From Chara braunii (taxonomy: Eukaryota > Plantae > Charophyceae), in NCBI GenBank assembly GCA_003427395.1, contig BFEA01000004.1:806316-870315 (forward strand): a stretch of DNA of 64,000 nt, written 5' to 3'. Below the pieces are notes generated by a model. It saw only the letters and a program-made list of their open reading frames with translations, searched no databases and had not been told where the DNA came from. This document shows, in pieces, positions 51,541 through 64,000 of the stretch. The translations under genes and the position numbers were made by a program. The number at the start of each line of letters is the position of its first letter. The first letter of the stretch is position 1.

Positions 51541-52256
51541 TATTCCGACAGATGGCGATTCTGGCGATCCCCCCTAAGTAGGGGAGATCTTGCTGTTAGT
51601 CTACCTTTGCTTAGGGCACTGGCTTAGAGGTAGGCTTAGGCTTAGTTGGCGGGTAACTCTGAATAAAAGTGCGCTATGGAGGTTCATCCCCCATATGCTG
51701 ATGATTTAGCTTGGGTATTGACCTGTCTTATGGTACAGGCCTTTCTTGGACATTCGATTCGGGACTTGGGCTAGTTCAGCTTGATCCTGCAAGGATCATC
51801 ATCTGTTATTACTGATAACAAGTCGGTTGCCGATTCGTCGGTTCACGACGCAATTCCTACTCGCTCCCCACACTCAACCTAAAAGGCTTTAGCCCTGGTG
51901 ATCTTGTTGTTTGTTAAGGGTTTTCCCCGGACTTTTATTGAATGGCCATTTAACAAAGGTACTGAGTATTTAATTAAGGTTGGTTGGCTGGAGGTTGGGG
52001 TTTGCATGGCTAAAGCAAGGGGTATGAGTATAGAAACTGGTTGGAATTGACTCCGCGTAGTGCGTGGACTCTTGTCTGACTTTTGATGTGATCGCAAGTA
52101 TGTTCAAAGACTTGGGGTTTTGGTTGGGCTGCCCTGCGGTCGCATATATATGTATGGCTAGGAGGAGACCCACTATGACTGTGAGAAGTGATCGTCACAT
52201 AATTATTCCCCTTGTGCATATATATATANNNNNNNNNNNNNNNNNNNNNNNNNNNN

Positions 52257-52338
<82 letters not shown>

Positions 52339-54061
52339 CAGTGCATGTGTACCTACGTGTGGAGTCAGCGTGGCCTGAAGTACCCGCGTACTAAGGGTCA
52401 GTCGAAGGTTGGGGTGAATAGAAGGGAGGGGATATCCTCTGCCAATTCTTGTTTATTTTCCTTGTTGCAGTTTATCTTGGTGGAACGATAAAGTTCCGGG
52501 CGGAAGGGTCAGCGTGTTGCTGGTGATGCGCCAGACAACTCACCACCGCTCCAAACTCCCTCCTACCCTAGGGGCCGTCTTGCTCCGCACCCGTTGGGAC
52601 ACCTCAGGGTGCAGAAGACGGAAAGACCCTCAGGCCGGTTTTGCGCGCGCTATAGGGTTACCCCCATTGGCTCGCGCTTCAGCCTACGCCTGAGCGTCGA
52701 AAGGTGATCCCTTGGCTCAGGGTAGGCCATTTGGGTGTGGGCACTAAATAATGCGCCGTCATCGCGGTTACTCGCGTAGAACTGCATAGCTAGATAGTAT
52801 GTGTAAGTCCAGCGCCCTCGCGATCTTATACTAGGCTCGCGCGGGGCACTCGCCGCATTCCACACTAAAAGAGTTATGGGTCAGGCAGCGAAACCACGAA
52901 CGCGACACGGCCAGTAAACTTGTGATCGGGGTAACGTGAAGCGGCACGTGGGCGGAGGACTGGCCCCGGTCAGCCTATGGGAGTCCGTGTACGAGCCTCA
53001 TTGTTCCGGATGCCGGATAGCCTAGGGATAGAATACCGGACCTCCTCCGCGCGCGCGTCGTTTGGGCTTATCCATCCCCCTTTCTATTTTTGAGGGCCAC
53101 CAGTTAATGGGGGTTGGAGGGAGTTTCCTTTTTGCGTTCTTCATGGTTAGACGTTATAGTCCTTGGAGGCCGTCAAAGTCAAACCCCTTGATGTTCGACC
53201 GCCACGACATCTTAAAAGCTGTCTACTCAACCCCTCTGCACAGGGTGCAGAAGAGGGTGTGGTCTTCAACCGCCCATGGCGGTTGCCTAGCGCCAAGAGA
53301 TTAACCCTCAAGGCGCGTGTCAGCTGACACTTGAGTGTCGAATGTGACCCTCGAGGCCAACGAGGGCCGCACGATTATGGACACGACATAGTACGCCATC
53401 ATTGCGACTGCTTGCGTACGTTTGCATTGCGAGTCGATATGAGTTAGCCCTGCGTCCGCGCAGTTTTATACGAAACCTCGCGCGTGACGCCTATCCGATT
53501 TCCGCGTCGGAAAGTTATGGGTTGGTTACCGAGGGGCTAGGAGCGTTGTCGCGTTGTTTGTGTTGTGTCGTTTCGTGTGTGTGTGTGTTTTATTTTTGTG
53601 TTCGTAAAGTGGTGTGCGCGTGGTGTGTGGGATGCGTCCTAGTCGACCGACGTCGAGCCGCGCTTGGGACTTCAGCCCCCCCTAGATGTCGGTTCACGTG
53701 CGGGTCCGATAGGCGTATTACCGCGCGTACCCGCTATGCGACAGCGAACGAGAAAACGCCCTCGGCTGGTCCACCTCTGCGATTGCAACCGAGTAGCTTT
53801 CGTACTGTGGACTGGTAGCTCGGCAGGGATATGCCCACCGAAGGGAGGTGAGAACTTCCGTAAGGTGGAGGTAAGTTGTGCCTCGCGTAGGCCCTATCCT
53901 GTCGTAGGGGCTCGTGAGAGGTATGGCTGGCGCACTCGGTCGGAGCGGCCTAAGGAAGCTCCGTTTGCGTGTTCGTGTCGAGGTTGGTCCAACTCCTGCG
54001 TGACACGGCCGAGAGGGCCCCGCGTTGCCATGTGCGGTGCCGGACCGATGCGCCCAACAGG

Positions 54062-54080
54062 TGGCGCCGTTGCCGGGGAT
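54062..54080 (+). promoter_or_regulatory. Primer-binding site complementary to the 3' end of tRNA-Asp (Athila-type PBS)
   Basis: TGGCGCCGTTGCCGGGGAT, 2 nt after LTR-terminal CA and upstream of gag. Confidence 0.88.
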
Positions 54081-54464
54081 GACGGAAGCCTACCGTCGTC
54101 CCTGGTGGAACGACATCTGGGGAAACGGATGAGTGAGAACTAGGCATATGAATGGATAAGGGAAATACTATGAGACGGGTTGTGTGGTCGTTTGAATGGT
54201 CGTAAGTATAGATGACTCGGTTGACTGGCGGTACGATTGATAATGCGATTGAGGTAAATGTATGAGGATACCCTATGGTGGGGATAAATCCTGTTTAGGG
54301 GAGCCTAGGGGGGAACAGGGATAAGAATGTTTGCCAGGTCTAGAATGTCGAGAGTAGAAGTAGTTGGCCCGATAAGATCGGCTGAAATTGGATTGCTGAG
54401 AGGAACCCTTGCATCCCATCGTCTTTGTAATACGGAGGCTGGAGTTCAGGGCATTCAGCCCAAG

Positions 54465-56724
54465 ATGCCAGAAGCTATGGCGGACGGCGGGAGAAAGCTT
54501 CTAACGATCGACGACCTTGTTGAGGCCCTGGATAAGCGCGAGAGAGCGCCGCGCAATATTTCGAAAGTTGATACCTTCCACTTCAAGGGAGAAAGGGTGT
54601 CCGACTGGCTGGACCTGACGGAGCAAGCCTTGGTAGGATTGTCGACCGAGGTCAAGCTCCAGCGAGTCCTAAGATATGTCCTTCATAGCCACCATCACGA
54701 AGTGGGCAAGGTCGTGGATGGCGCCAATGGTAGTTGGGCGAGGTTCAGGGACATGATGCAGAGAAAGTACAGGTTGGGGGATAGCTTGCTAACCACGGCG
54801 GATTTGGAGGTCATGAACAAGGATGACTTCTCCACGATCGGGGCGTTTGTGCACGAGTTTAAAAGGAGAGCGCGGAAGGTGCACGGGATCGCTGAAGAAA
54901 CGTAGTGTGCCATATTTTTGGGTTTGCTTACCGGCTCGGAGGCCTCGGAGCTGACGGGTCACGGACGGGGAAGTGAGAAACTCACCTGGGCCACTATCGA
55001 CAAAGGGGTGGAGGAGGGGAGCCTGGATCAGGTGGAGCAGCATCAGGTGCGGCTGCAAAGGCGCAAGAGAAAGGAAAGGGACGCCACCGAGTCCGGGACC
55101 CCAGGGGTGAAGAGGATCGTCACGGACGTATTGCAACACTGGGATATGATAACGAGGCGGAAGTGCAAGGGAGGGGAGCGACTGTGGCCCAAGGCCGGGC
55201 GTCGAGGGCAGTGGAAGAGGAGGCTAGGCGCGAGGACTATGGTGGAGAAGAGACGGGCTCCCAGATCCTAACCAAGGCCTAGAGGAAGCAGCGGAATTTG
55301 CAAGTGGGGGGTCAGGGGTCCGGAAAAGGCCAGGTTCCGCAAGCAATTGTTGCGCCGCCACCTGCTGCCACGACAACGCCAGCGACGGCCGGGCCGACAT
55401 GTATGGGGCCGCCGCCGGCTTGTGGGCATTGGGTGCCGCATTGTCAGCTTACGTCCTGGCCCAGTTGTAATCACTGCGCCTCGTGCGGGGGTAGTCAAAC
55501 TCAGCCCGGGCAAATGGTCCCTTACAAGGGCCCATCGGCAAGTATGGGGTCCCCGAGCTACCCTGCGGCTCAGGGTCAGTTTGTGGCCCAACCACCTCCC
55601 TCCCAACAGGCCTCGCAGGCTAGTGTGGCCTGTGGAGGAAACCTAGGACAAGGCGGACAAGGCAATGGAGGCCGAGGTCAAGGGGGTCGAGGAGGTGGCA
55701 GCCGAGGCCGAGGAGGAAATGGCGGGGGTTGCGGGGGTGGTTGGAACGGTCAGGGGGGTCAGAACCAAGGTGGCCGAGGTGGCCAAGAGGGGGGCCAAGG
55801 GTATGGAAGGCCTCGCTTTGATTGGCGAAACGCCACCTGCTGGCATTGTAGCGAGGAAGGGCATACTATATGGTTCTACGGCGAGATAATGAGTTGGCAG
55901 GTCTAATTTCCTCTTGTATGGACGGGGATATATACGATAAGTGGGGAGAGCATATCGACCCTAGGACCCTGGGAGAAATCAGGCAAGAAGCTCTTAGGCG
56001 AGCGGCGGCAGGGCCTTCGACAACCCCGGCCCTGTTTAGGATGTGGCAGGAGAAAGAAGAGTTGGGCATAAAGGTTGAGGAGATTGTAGGAGATAGCGAG
56101 GAGGTCACCCAGCGTCTAAAGGCGGGGACTATAAGAGAGGGACCAATAGTCGTCGAATCGGACGATGAGAGGCAGGAAGACGAGGGAGAGCCGGCCACAC
56201 TCCTCCTGGGAAGGATGGAAGATCTGCTGGAAAAGGTGAGGAGATACCAGCGGAAGCTGCAAGTCCTGTGTGAAGAAGCCCGAGAGTGGAAGGCCAATCT
56301 GCCTGAGGTCCTCCTCTACCACTCCGGACCTGAGCCTTCGCCAAGACAACAGGGGTACCCAAGAGTGGCGACCGTAGGGACGGGCCCTAGGTCAGGTATG
56401 GCCTATAGACCCCCCACGTCGCATGGGAGGGTGCCGCAAGCAGCTCGGACCAGGAACCAAAATAAGGCTGGGCCTAGTCAAGAGCCCAGTCAGGCACCCT
56501 CTCGAAAGGAGCCTGAGCCTTGACGTAGGAAGGAGGTGGTGGAGGTTCCGGAGGAAGAGGAAGAGGATGACGAGGAAGAGGATGAGAGGCTCCGGCAAGA
56601 GGAGGATCAGCGGGCGGAGCTGAGGGCCAAAAAGAGAGAATCCCGGGAGGAGGCCAAGCCAAGCCTACCCGACAGCGTACCTAAGAGGAAGAAGTACGCG
56701 GTCCGGATGGAGGAAGGTTTTTGA
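54465..56724 (+). pseudogene. Ty3/gypsy gag (broken by stops and frameshifts)
   Basis: SKVDTFHFKGERVSDWLDL capsid-like region, Gly-rich tract, knuckle CWHCSEEGHTIWF(Y) at 55838-55879, acidic tail. Confidence 0.85.
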
Positions 56725-56725
56725 T

Positions 56726-59700
56726 GTGGAGCGGATGGTGGACAAACTCCTGGAAGACCATAATGACTTGATGAACCTGAAGGACATCCTGGCGTCGGCG
56801 CCAAGGCTCCGTGGTGAGTTGAAGGGGCGGCTGTCGCGAAGGCTGGTGCCAAATGTTCATCTGAGTACGGTCTTGCCTAGAGAGGTGGAGTGGACTAAGG
56901 CAGGGACAAGGATGGATTGGAAATGTGTGGCATGCGGGCAGGTGGATTTGGTGATAAGGAACCAGAAGTGTACTGGGATGGTGGACACGGGCGAGGAGAT
57001 GAACATCATCAGGGAAAAGGAGGCGGTGATGATAGGTATGGAGATCGACCGCTCGGACCACCGCATGTTGCACGGCGCTAACTGCAAGGCCGCCTTTTGC
57101 GGCACAGCGTCAAACGTGATTATAGAGATCGGGAAGGTGCGAGCCAGAACGTGCTTCTTCGTCATGCCCGACGTCGATCACCCCATCCTTCTGGGGCGAT
57201 CGTTCCTGTGCCGAACGGAAATGTTGATCTTCAACAAGCACGATGGGACGATGATCCTGCTCCTGTGCGACCCGGCGTGTGGAAATTATGAAGTTATCAC
57301 CTGCCGGAACACGGGGCCGGGGAGCGGGAGGAATAGGCCCAATCTAGGCTCGTTCACCTTCGAGGAATCAGAGAACGAGCAGAGACGGCTTTGGGAAGTG
57401 CCCGAGGAGGAAGATAGGGCTGAGGTGCTGACATTGAGCCTCACGGATGTTAATAAGGCCATGGAGGTGGTATCGGCTCACGACATGGCGGATCCGGAGG
57501 CCATTAAGGCATTGAGGGAACAAGTTTTGGAGAACCCTCAGGTGGGAGAGGTGGAGTTGGTGTATTTGCTTCCGGGAGGGAGGGGAGGCCCTGCGATGGC
57601 CCAGGCCCGAGCGACAAGTCGGTCTTTTTTAGGGGAGGGCTTAAGCAGGGTTCCCAAAGGCAGTACAAGACCATAGATAAGAAGTGTCGCCCAGTTCCCA
57701 TGCTCGTCACAGAGGATGAGGAAGCCTACTACGAGTGGGAGCGAGGGTTGATACGGCGTATGCGGGAGCACTCGTTGGCCGGGCTGGGCCATATCAACGA
57801 TGAAAATGAGGGGAAGCTGATAATTGGGGAGCCCGACTTTCTGTCGCCCCATGAGAGAGCATTGGTGGTGGGGCTGATGAAGAAGAGACACCGCGTGTAT
57901 GCATTCAACGACGGCGAGCGTGGCAGGCTGGATGTGGACAGGATCCCGATGATCAGGATTCACACGGTTCCACATGAACCATGGAATCTAAGGGGCGAGC
58001 GGTACCCCAATCCGGACGAGGAAAAGATGGTGGTGGACTACCTGGACGGCAAGATGCGGACGCACGTGGCCGATTATTCCAGTGGGCCGTACGCGTCGCC
58101 TTGGTTTTGTTTTATTAAGCCAAATGGGACGCTAAGGTGGGTGCAAAACTTACAGCGGTTAAACGCGGTGACAATGCAGGACGCGGGAGGATTGCCGAAC
58201 GTGGACGCATTGTCAGAATCGTGCGCAGAGAGACCTATAATCTCGCTTATAGACTTTACTCGGGGTATGACCAATTCCCCGTATATCCGCCGGACAGGCC
58301 CGTAACGGCAATGCACACTCCCACAGGGCTGATTCATATGAACGTGGCACCTCAAGGTTGGACGAATGCAATGGCGATGGTGCAAAGGCATATGATCAGA
58401 GCCATGCAGACAGTCAGCCCATATATCACCCAGCCCTATATCGATGACCTGGCGGTCAAGGGTCCGAAGGAGAAGGAGGAAGACGAAGTGATGCCCAGTG
58501 TGCGGTGCTTTGTCTGGAAACATGTTAAAGACATCGATCAGGTTCTAAGGTTATTAGAGGAGCATAACCTGACGGCGAGTGGCCCCAAGTCGAAGCATTG
58601 TATGAGGGAGGCCACGATTTTAGGCTTTGTCTGTAATGAGAGTGGGTGAAGGCCTGATGTAAGGAACACAGACAAGATTCTCGAGTGGACGGTGCCCTTT
58701 CGCTCAATAACAGATGTGAGGAGCTTCCTTGGGACGTGCGGATTCTGGAGGAGCTTCGTGAAAGACTTTGCCACGAAAACGAAGCATTTAAGGAAGTTGG
58801 TGCGCCAGGAGCAAGAATGGGTCTGGGGCGAAGACCAGGAAGAGGCGGTCGGTAGGATGAAGGGATAGTTTAAGGAAGGAGGCTTGGTATTGGGAGCGCC
58901 AAACTATGAGGCCACGGAGGAAAGACCATTTGTCATTGAGACGGAGGCTGGGCCAACTGCCTTGGGAGGAGTCCTGATTCAGGCAGATACTGAAGGGAAG
59001 GAGACGCCACTAAGGTTCGAAAGTCGTACACTCAATACAACTGAGAGGAACTACTTTCAGTTCAAGAAGGAGACGTTGGCGGTACTTCATTGCCTAAGGA
59101 CCTTGCGGAACTATGTTTTTGGCAGGAGGCTCATCTTGAGGGTGGACCCTACTATGCTGGCCTGTTCCCTAAAGAATTATACTCCATCTGACCCAACCGT
59201 CGCAAGATGGTTGACCTACATTTGGATGTTTAATGTCGAGTTGGAAAGGATCCCAGGGAACAAGAACAGGGCAGATGGGCTAAGCTGCATCAACTGGGAC
59301 GGATCGGTGGAGGAGTCAATAGAAGACACGCCGCCAGTTGATGGGTTTTTGGATCAAGAGGAGGACGTCCACCTACACATAAACGAATGGTCCCTGCGAG
59401 TGCCCAGTTGCGTCAGTCACCCTATATGGCTGGCACCGAAGGGGTACGGGAAGAAGGAAGAGTTAGTCCTCAAGCCCTTTCAGGAGGAGGATCCGTGGGG
59501 AAGTAAGGATGTTGGTTGGATGATGAGGTTGGCGTTGGCAGGTACGCACTGTCTGGTGGAGGAAGTGAGAACAATAGAGGAAGGCCCCACTCAGGTAGAG
59601 GAGCATGAGCAGCTAATGGGAGGGATGTACCCGCTCACCAATACACTCCTGCAAGGAGACTTCAACCGGAAGGGCTCGTTCAGTACCGAGGAGAATGAGA

Positions 59701-61019
59701 TTCTGGTTCCCGAAAGCCGAGACGATGAATTCGAGGAAGGAGAAATCAAGGAGGCGTTTCGGGCGGAGGAGTACGATGGGATCTACCAGGAATTGGGGTT
59801 GCTCCTATCATGTGAAATGAGGGATAGAGATGCGAGTGCCAAGGCACAGAAGATGAGGCACCTCTATGTGGTAAGAGATGGCCACTTGTTTATAAAGCGG
59901 CATGTCGGGAACCCCAGGAGGATCGTATGTGGGAGAAACCGGCAAGTTGATATCATAGCGGCCCTACACGATGGTGTAGCAGGGGGCCACAGAGGAGTAA
60001 GTGCCACGTGCGCAAAGATAAGCGAGCTCTACCATTGGGACGGGATGCTGACGATGGTTATCAAATACTGCCGGTCCTGTATACCTTGCCAAGAGAGGGC
60101 GGCACAAAGGCCCGGAGAACCCCTACACCGAAGGTTAGAAAGGGAAGTGGGTGCGGTCGTACACCTGGACCTGTTATTCATGCCAGCAGGGGAGAATGGG
60201 TGTAACTACATCTTCGATGCACGGGATAACCTTACTGGGTTTGTGGATGGACAAGCTATCTGGACGAAGACTGACCCGGTTTTGGCGAACTGCATCAAGG
60301 AGTACTACCTGCGGTACCCTTTTGTCAGGGAGTTCGTGATGGATCGAGGATCAGAGTTTACCTGCAATGAGGGGAGGACGTTGCTTGCAGTGTACGGCGT
60401 AGTGGCCAAATATACTACGGCCGCACACCCTCAAGCGAATGCTCCTGTGGAGAGGGGGCACAGTACCATCACGAATCTCCTGGCTAAGTGAATAGAGGGC
60501 AAACCTGGTCAGTGGTCGAAGTTCCTACGGGCAGATTTCTTCGTGGAGAATGTTACTGTAAAGAGGACTACCAACTACGCGCCGGCCACGCTATGGTACG
60601 GGAGGCATGCCACCTTTCCCATAGAAAGCTTTATGAAAACGTGGAGGCTCCAGGACTTGGAGGTGAACGTGTCCTTCGAAAAACTGCTCGATATTCGGGC
60701 GCGGCAAGTGGGGGCGACCGAGGAAAGATTGCGAGAGGCCGCTGGTCAGGTAGAAAGGAGCCGCATGGAAGATAAGATGAGGTGGGATCAGATGGCACGA
60801 GTAAGAAAGGAGCAATTGGCAGTAGGGGATGTCGTATTATTGTACGACTCCTCTTTGGAAAAGCAATGGTCGAGGAAGCTTGACAAGAGATGGTTGGGCC
60901 CCTATAGGATATTGCGATGCGGCGAGTTTGGGGCCTATCAGATCGAGGAGCTGGACGGGACAGGCTGGCAGGATTGGGTATCGGAGACAAGGCTGAAGAA
61001 GTTCGTGGCTAGGGAATAG
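56726..61019 (+). pseudogene. pol: Ty3/gypsy pol: protease-RT-RNase H-integrase (copy B), multiple disruptions
   Basis: GMVDTGEEMNII; PYASPWF, PQGWTNA, YIDDL; ETEAG..ALGGVL, KETLAV; HDGVAGGH, MDRGSEF, GPY. Confidence 0.95.
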
Positions 61020-61207
61020 GTAAAGAATCCTACCTTTCTCAGAGTAGACTGGTCCTTGAGGTATCGCATGGTATGGTTAGGACAGGTGAGGGAGTAGGAA
61101 AAGGCACGTGTATTGTCATAAAAATTTGATGAACCGAGGGTTAACCTTGTTGTGGGCTGCTTGCTTTCTCTCGCCTGTTGTGCAGGTCTGACTTTTCAAA
61201 GACAGTC

Positions 61208-62160
61208 ATGCAAAGGGGCGGGAGGGGCGCGCGGCCACGACAGGGGCCCCAAGGAGCATCAGGAGGGGATGACTCGCGCAGACCGGTTGGGAGGGAGTCT
61301 ACGCCTATCTTCGACGACGGTAACGTAGAGTTTTTTCTGGACTCCTACCGGGCACATGCGACACGGGAGGGTTGGTCTACCTTGGAGAGCATACGGCACC
61401 TGAGGGGAGTTGGGCGCTTCGAGGAGCCTATTGCGCACATTCGAGAGGAGGCGTTGACATGGCAGGATGTGGAGGCGAGGATGCAGATGCTGAGGGCTTC
61501 GCCGATGGGACCGGATGGATTGCCTATTCGATTGGAGGAAGGCAATGCGGAGGAGTTCATCCCGGCCTATGAGCAGTATATGCACGACCAGGGGACTGGG
61601 CAGGAGGAGTGGATGCAGATGCTGCCCCTCTGGACATGGAGGGCAGAGAGGTCGTTGGCGAGGCAGATCCGAGACAGGGCACACGACTGGGAGGACTGCC
61701 AGGCCCAGTTGAGACAGGCATTCCGACGGCTGGAGCCCAAGAGACCACAGCCCAGGGTGAAAAGACGACAAAGGAGTAAGAGGCCAGGGGGCCCAGAGGC
61801 GAGAGAGACCACTACGACCAGAGGGGGCCGAAAGGCCTTGGCACAGCGAGAGGGGCCAGCGGAGGCCGCCCAGGCGGTGGAGCCAGTTCAGGCCGTGGGG
61901 CTAGCTCAGGCGGCCGAGCTACCCTACCTATGGACTCGAGCAGGTGGAGTTTCGCAGAATTATGAGCAGCGATCTACGGGGCCCGTCGCCGACGTTACCA
62001 GAGGGGGGGGAAACGGTGCCATTGAGGACGTTGCTCGACAGGTTGGAGGCTCATCTCGACGCGTCCCAGTGGGGGGCGTCACAGCTGGGAGCGGACCAGA
62101 GCGGGCCGGCCCGGTATGAGCCAATAGAGGATGAGCCAGAGAAGGAGCCACCCGAGCCGG
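61208..62160 (+). pseudogene. ORF3 (Gag-like) of copy B, truncated at 62160
   Basis: Near-identical to 41375-42329; homology ends abruptly at ...CCCGAGCCGG|TGTGAGG. Confidence 0.85.
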
Positions 62161-62950
62161 TGTGAGGAAACCCGAGGAGGGGGCCCTTACTGTTCGCTGA
62201 GGCCAGGGGCTACAACGCCTGTCACTCGTTGCGCCCGTTAAGAGGTCCTCGACGTTCAGCGGCTTTTCCGTGAACCGTGACTTCAGTCATGCGATCTTTT
62301 TTTGCGCTAACTTGCGCACTGCTGTTCCTTACTGCTAGAAACGATCAACCAATGGTTAAAACGATCTGCTCCGATCTTTGTCCAGGGCGCTGGTACTCTG
62401 CAAATGTGTCCGGAACTTTATGAATAAATCAAAAACAATAAAATAAAAATAAAAATGAAAAGGGNCCTCCTTTGCTGCANGTTCACAGTCAGCCCGCTCG
62501 TTAGTACCCAGCTCACATTATCCCGCCTGATCTCTCTCTCTCTCCCTGAGCTCATTCCGGCGCCCCCGCTAGATAGCTGCTGGGAATTGACATTANATAA
62601 AATTAATAAAATAGCAACTTTTATTCGCACTGGTCCAGTCCCTCCAATCAAAGCTTCACGTGAGTACCCTGGTGGACCAAGCTGACTCGGCCCTACCTCC
62701 TACTTCCTTTCATGTTTGATCGGTGATGTATGCTTAAATGCCTGTTCAGCAAGTGTACCTGCACCTAGGGGTTTGCCCGATTCTAAGATCAACAACGGCG
62801 TTGGTTGGCTGTTCTGCAGTAGTGAAGTGACTGGTTCGTCGCAGGCGAGAATGCACGAGTATTAGCTTGAACCACAGAAGAGGTCAACAACAGACTCGAT
62901 TGGTTGCTTTCCGNATGAGAAGTAGCCGACCCGCCAACAACAGAAACGCT
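62161..62950. mobile_element. Unrelated insertion beginning TGT (possible LTR) that truncates copy B
   Basis: Sharp junction with a TG start; non-coding. Right end not determined. Confidence 0.35.
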
Positions 62951-63039
62951 CAACTAGTTGTTCACTGAATNACATCGTTCCCTTCGGCAGTGGGATTACC
63001 TGATAGATCGTTTGAAGGGTACTGTTTCCACTTCCAGCG

Positions 63040-64000
63040 GATGTATTCGCGCCAATTATATGGGCATATCAACGCTCACAATTGCACTGCGATGGAGCGG
63101 AGAGATCAAGCCCCCGAAAAGCTACATGTATTCGGCCCAATTATAAGGCAGATTAATACCCATAATCAGACAGGAGTTGAACTGGTATATCAAGCTTATC
63201 AGGGCGGATTAATACTCACANNNNNNNNNNNNNNNNNNNNNNNNNNNNNNNNNNNNNNNNNNNNNNNNNNNNNNNNNNNNGCCCCAGTTATCAGTGCAGA
63301 TTAATGCCCTTAATCAGACAGGAGTTGAACTGGTATATCAAGCTTATCAGGGCGGATTAATACTCACAGTCGAACTCCGATGGAACGGGCAGATCAAACC
63401 CCGAAAACCTGCATGTATGCGCCCCAGTTTTCAGCGCAGATTAATGCCCTCAATTTTACCAAGATGTAACGGCCAGATCAAGCCCCCGAAAAGCTACATG
63501 TATTCGGCCCAGTTATAAGGCAGATTAATGCCCATAATCAGACAGGAGTTGAACTCGTATATCAAGCTTATCAGAGCGAATTAATACTNACAGTCGATCA
63601 CCGATGGAANGGGTAGATCAAACCCCGAAAATCTGCATGTATGCGCCCCAGTTTTCAGCGCAGATTAATGCCCTCAATTTTACCAAGATGTAACGGGCAG
63701 ATCAAGCCCCCGAAAAGTTGCATGTATTCGGCCCAGTAATAAAGTAGATTAATGCCCATAATCAGACAGGAGTTGAACTGGTATATCAAGCTTATCAGGG
63801 CGAATTAATACTCACAGTCGATCACCGATGGAACGGGTAGATCAAACCCCGAAAATCTGCATGTATGCGCCCCATTTTTCAGCGCAGATTAATGCACACC
63901 ATTTTACTAAGATGGAACGGGCAGGTCAAGCTCCGAAAGCTGCATGTATTCGCCCCAGTTATCAGTGCAGATTAATGCCCTTAATCAGACAGGAGTTGAA
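63040..64000. repeat. ~224-bp satellite built from related sub-repeats
   Basis: AATCAGACAGGAGTTGAACT at 63164, 63312, 63536, 63760 and 63983; the GATTAAT motif recurs within each unit. Confidence 0.9.

Larger units (their letters stand above)
45142..54059 (+). mobile_element. Candidate very long LTR shared between the two gypsy copies (5' boundary uncertain)
   Basis: 3' end ...CCCAACA lies 2 nt before the PBS. Candidate start TGTTG follows a purine-rich tract (GGAAGGTGGGGA), giving TGTTG/CAACA termini. Other TGTTG sites exist nearby. Confidence 0.4.

Overview
Repeat-dense eukaryotic DNA with microsatellites, N gaps and spliceosomal introns. The element types and style suggest a streptophyte alga such as Chara, but that is inference. 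Contents: (i) two decayed L1/Tx1-type LINEs (1.8-5.5 kb, minus; 33.8-39.9 kb, plus). (ii) A head-to-tail arrangement of a Ty3/gypsy element (39.9-62.2 kb) with a tRNA-Asp PBS, a very long LTR/non-coding region and a second, Gag-like ORF downstream of integrase. (iii) One spliced host gene on the minus strand (~16.5-28.4 kb; TPR-like, C-terminal membrane anchor). (iv) Three U6 snRNA-derived copies, several MITE/foldback elements (one with TTAA ends) and satellites. The most notable signals are three. First, a ~378-bp (TA)n-associated repeat carries a complete type III hammerhead ribozyme (retrozyme/Penelope-pLTR-like) and sits in sense orientation in a host intron. Second, an array of ten covarying RNA hairpins with an invariant UAAGAU loop lies in the gypsy non-coding region. 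Third, a splice-acceptor-preceded Gag paralogue occupies the 'env position' of the gypsy element.
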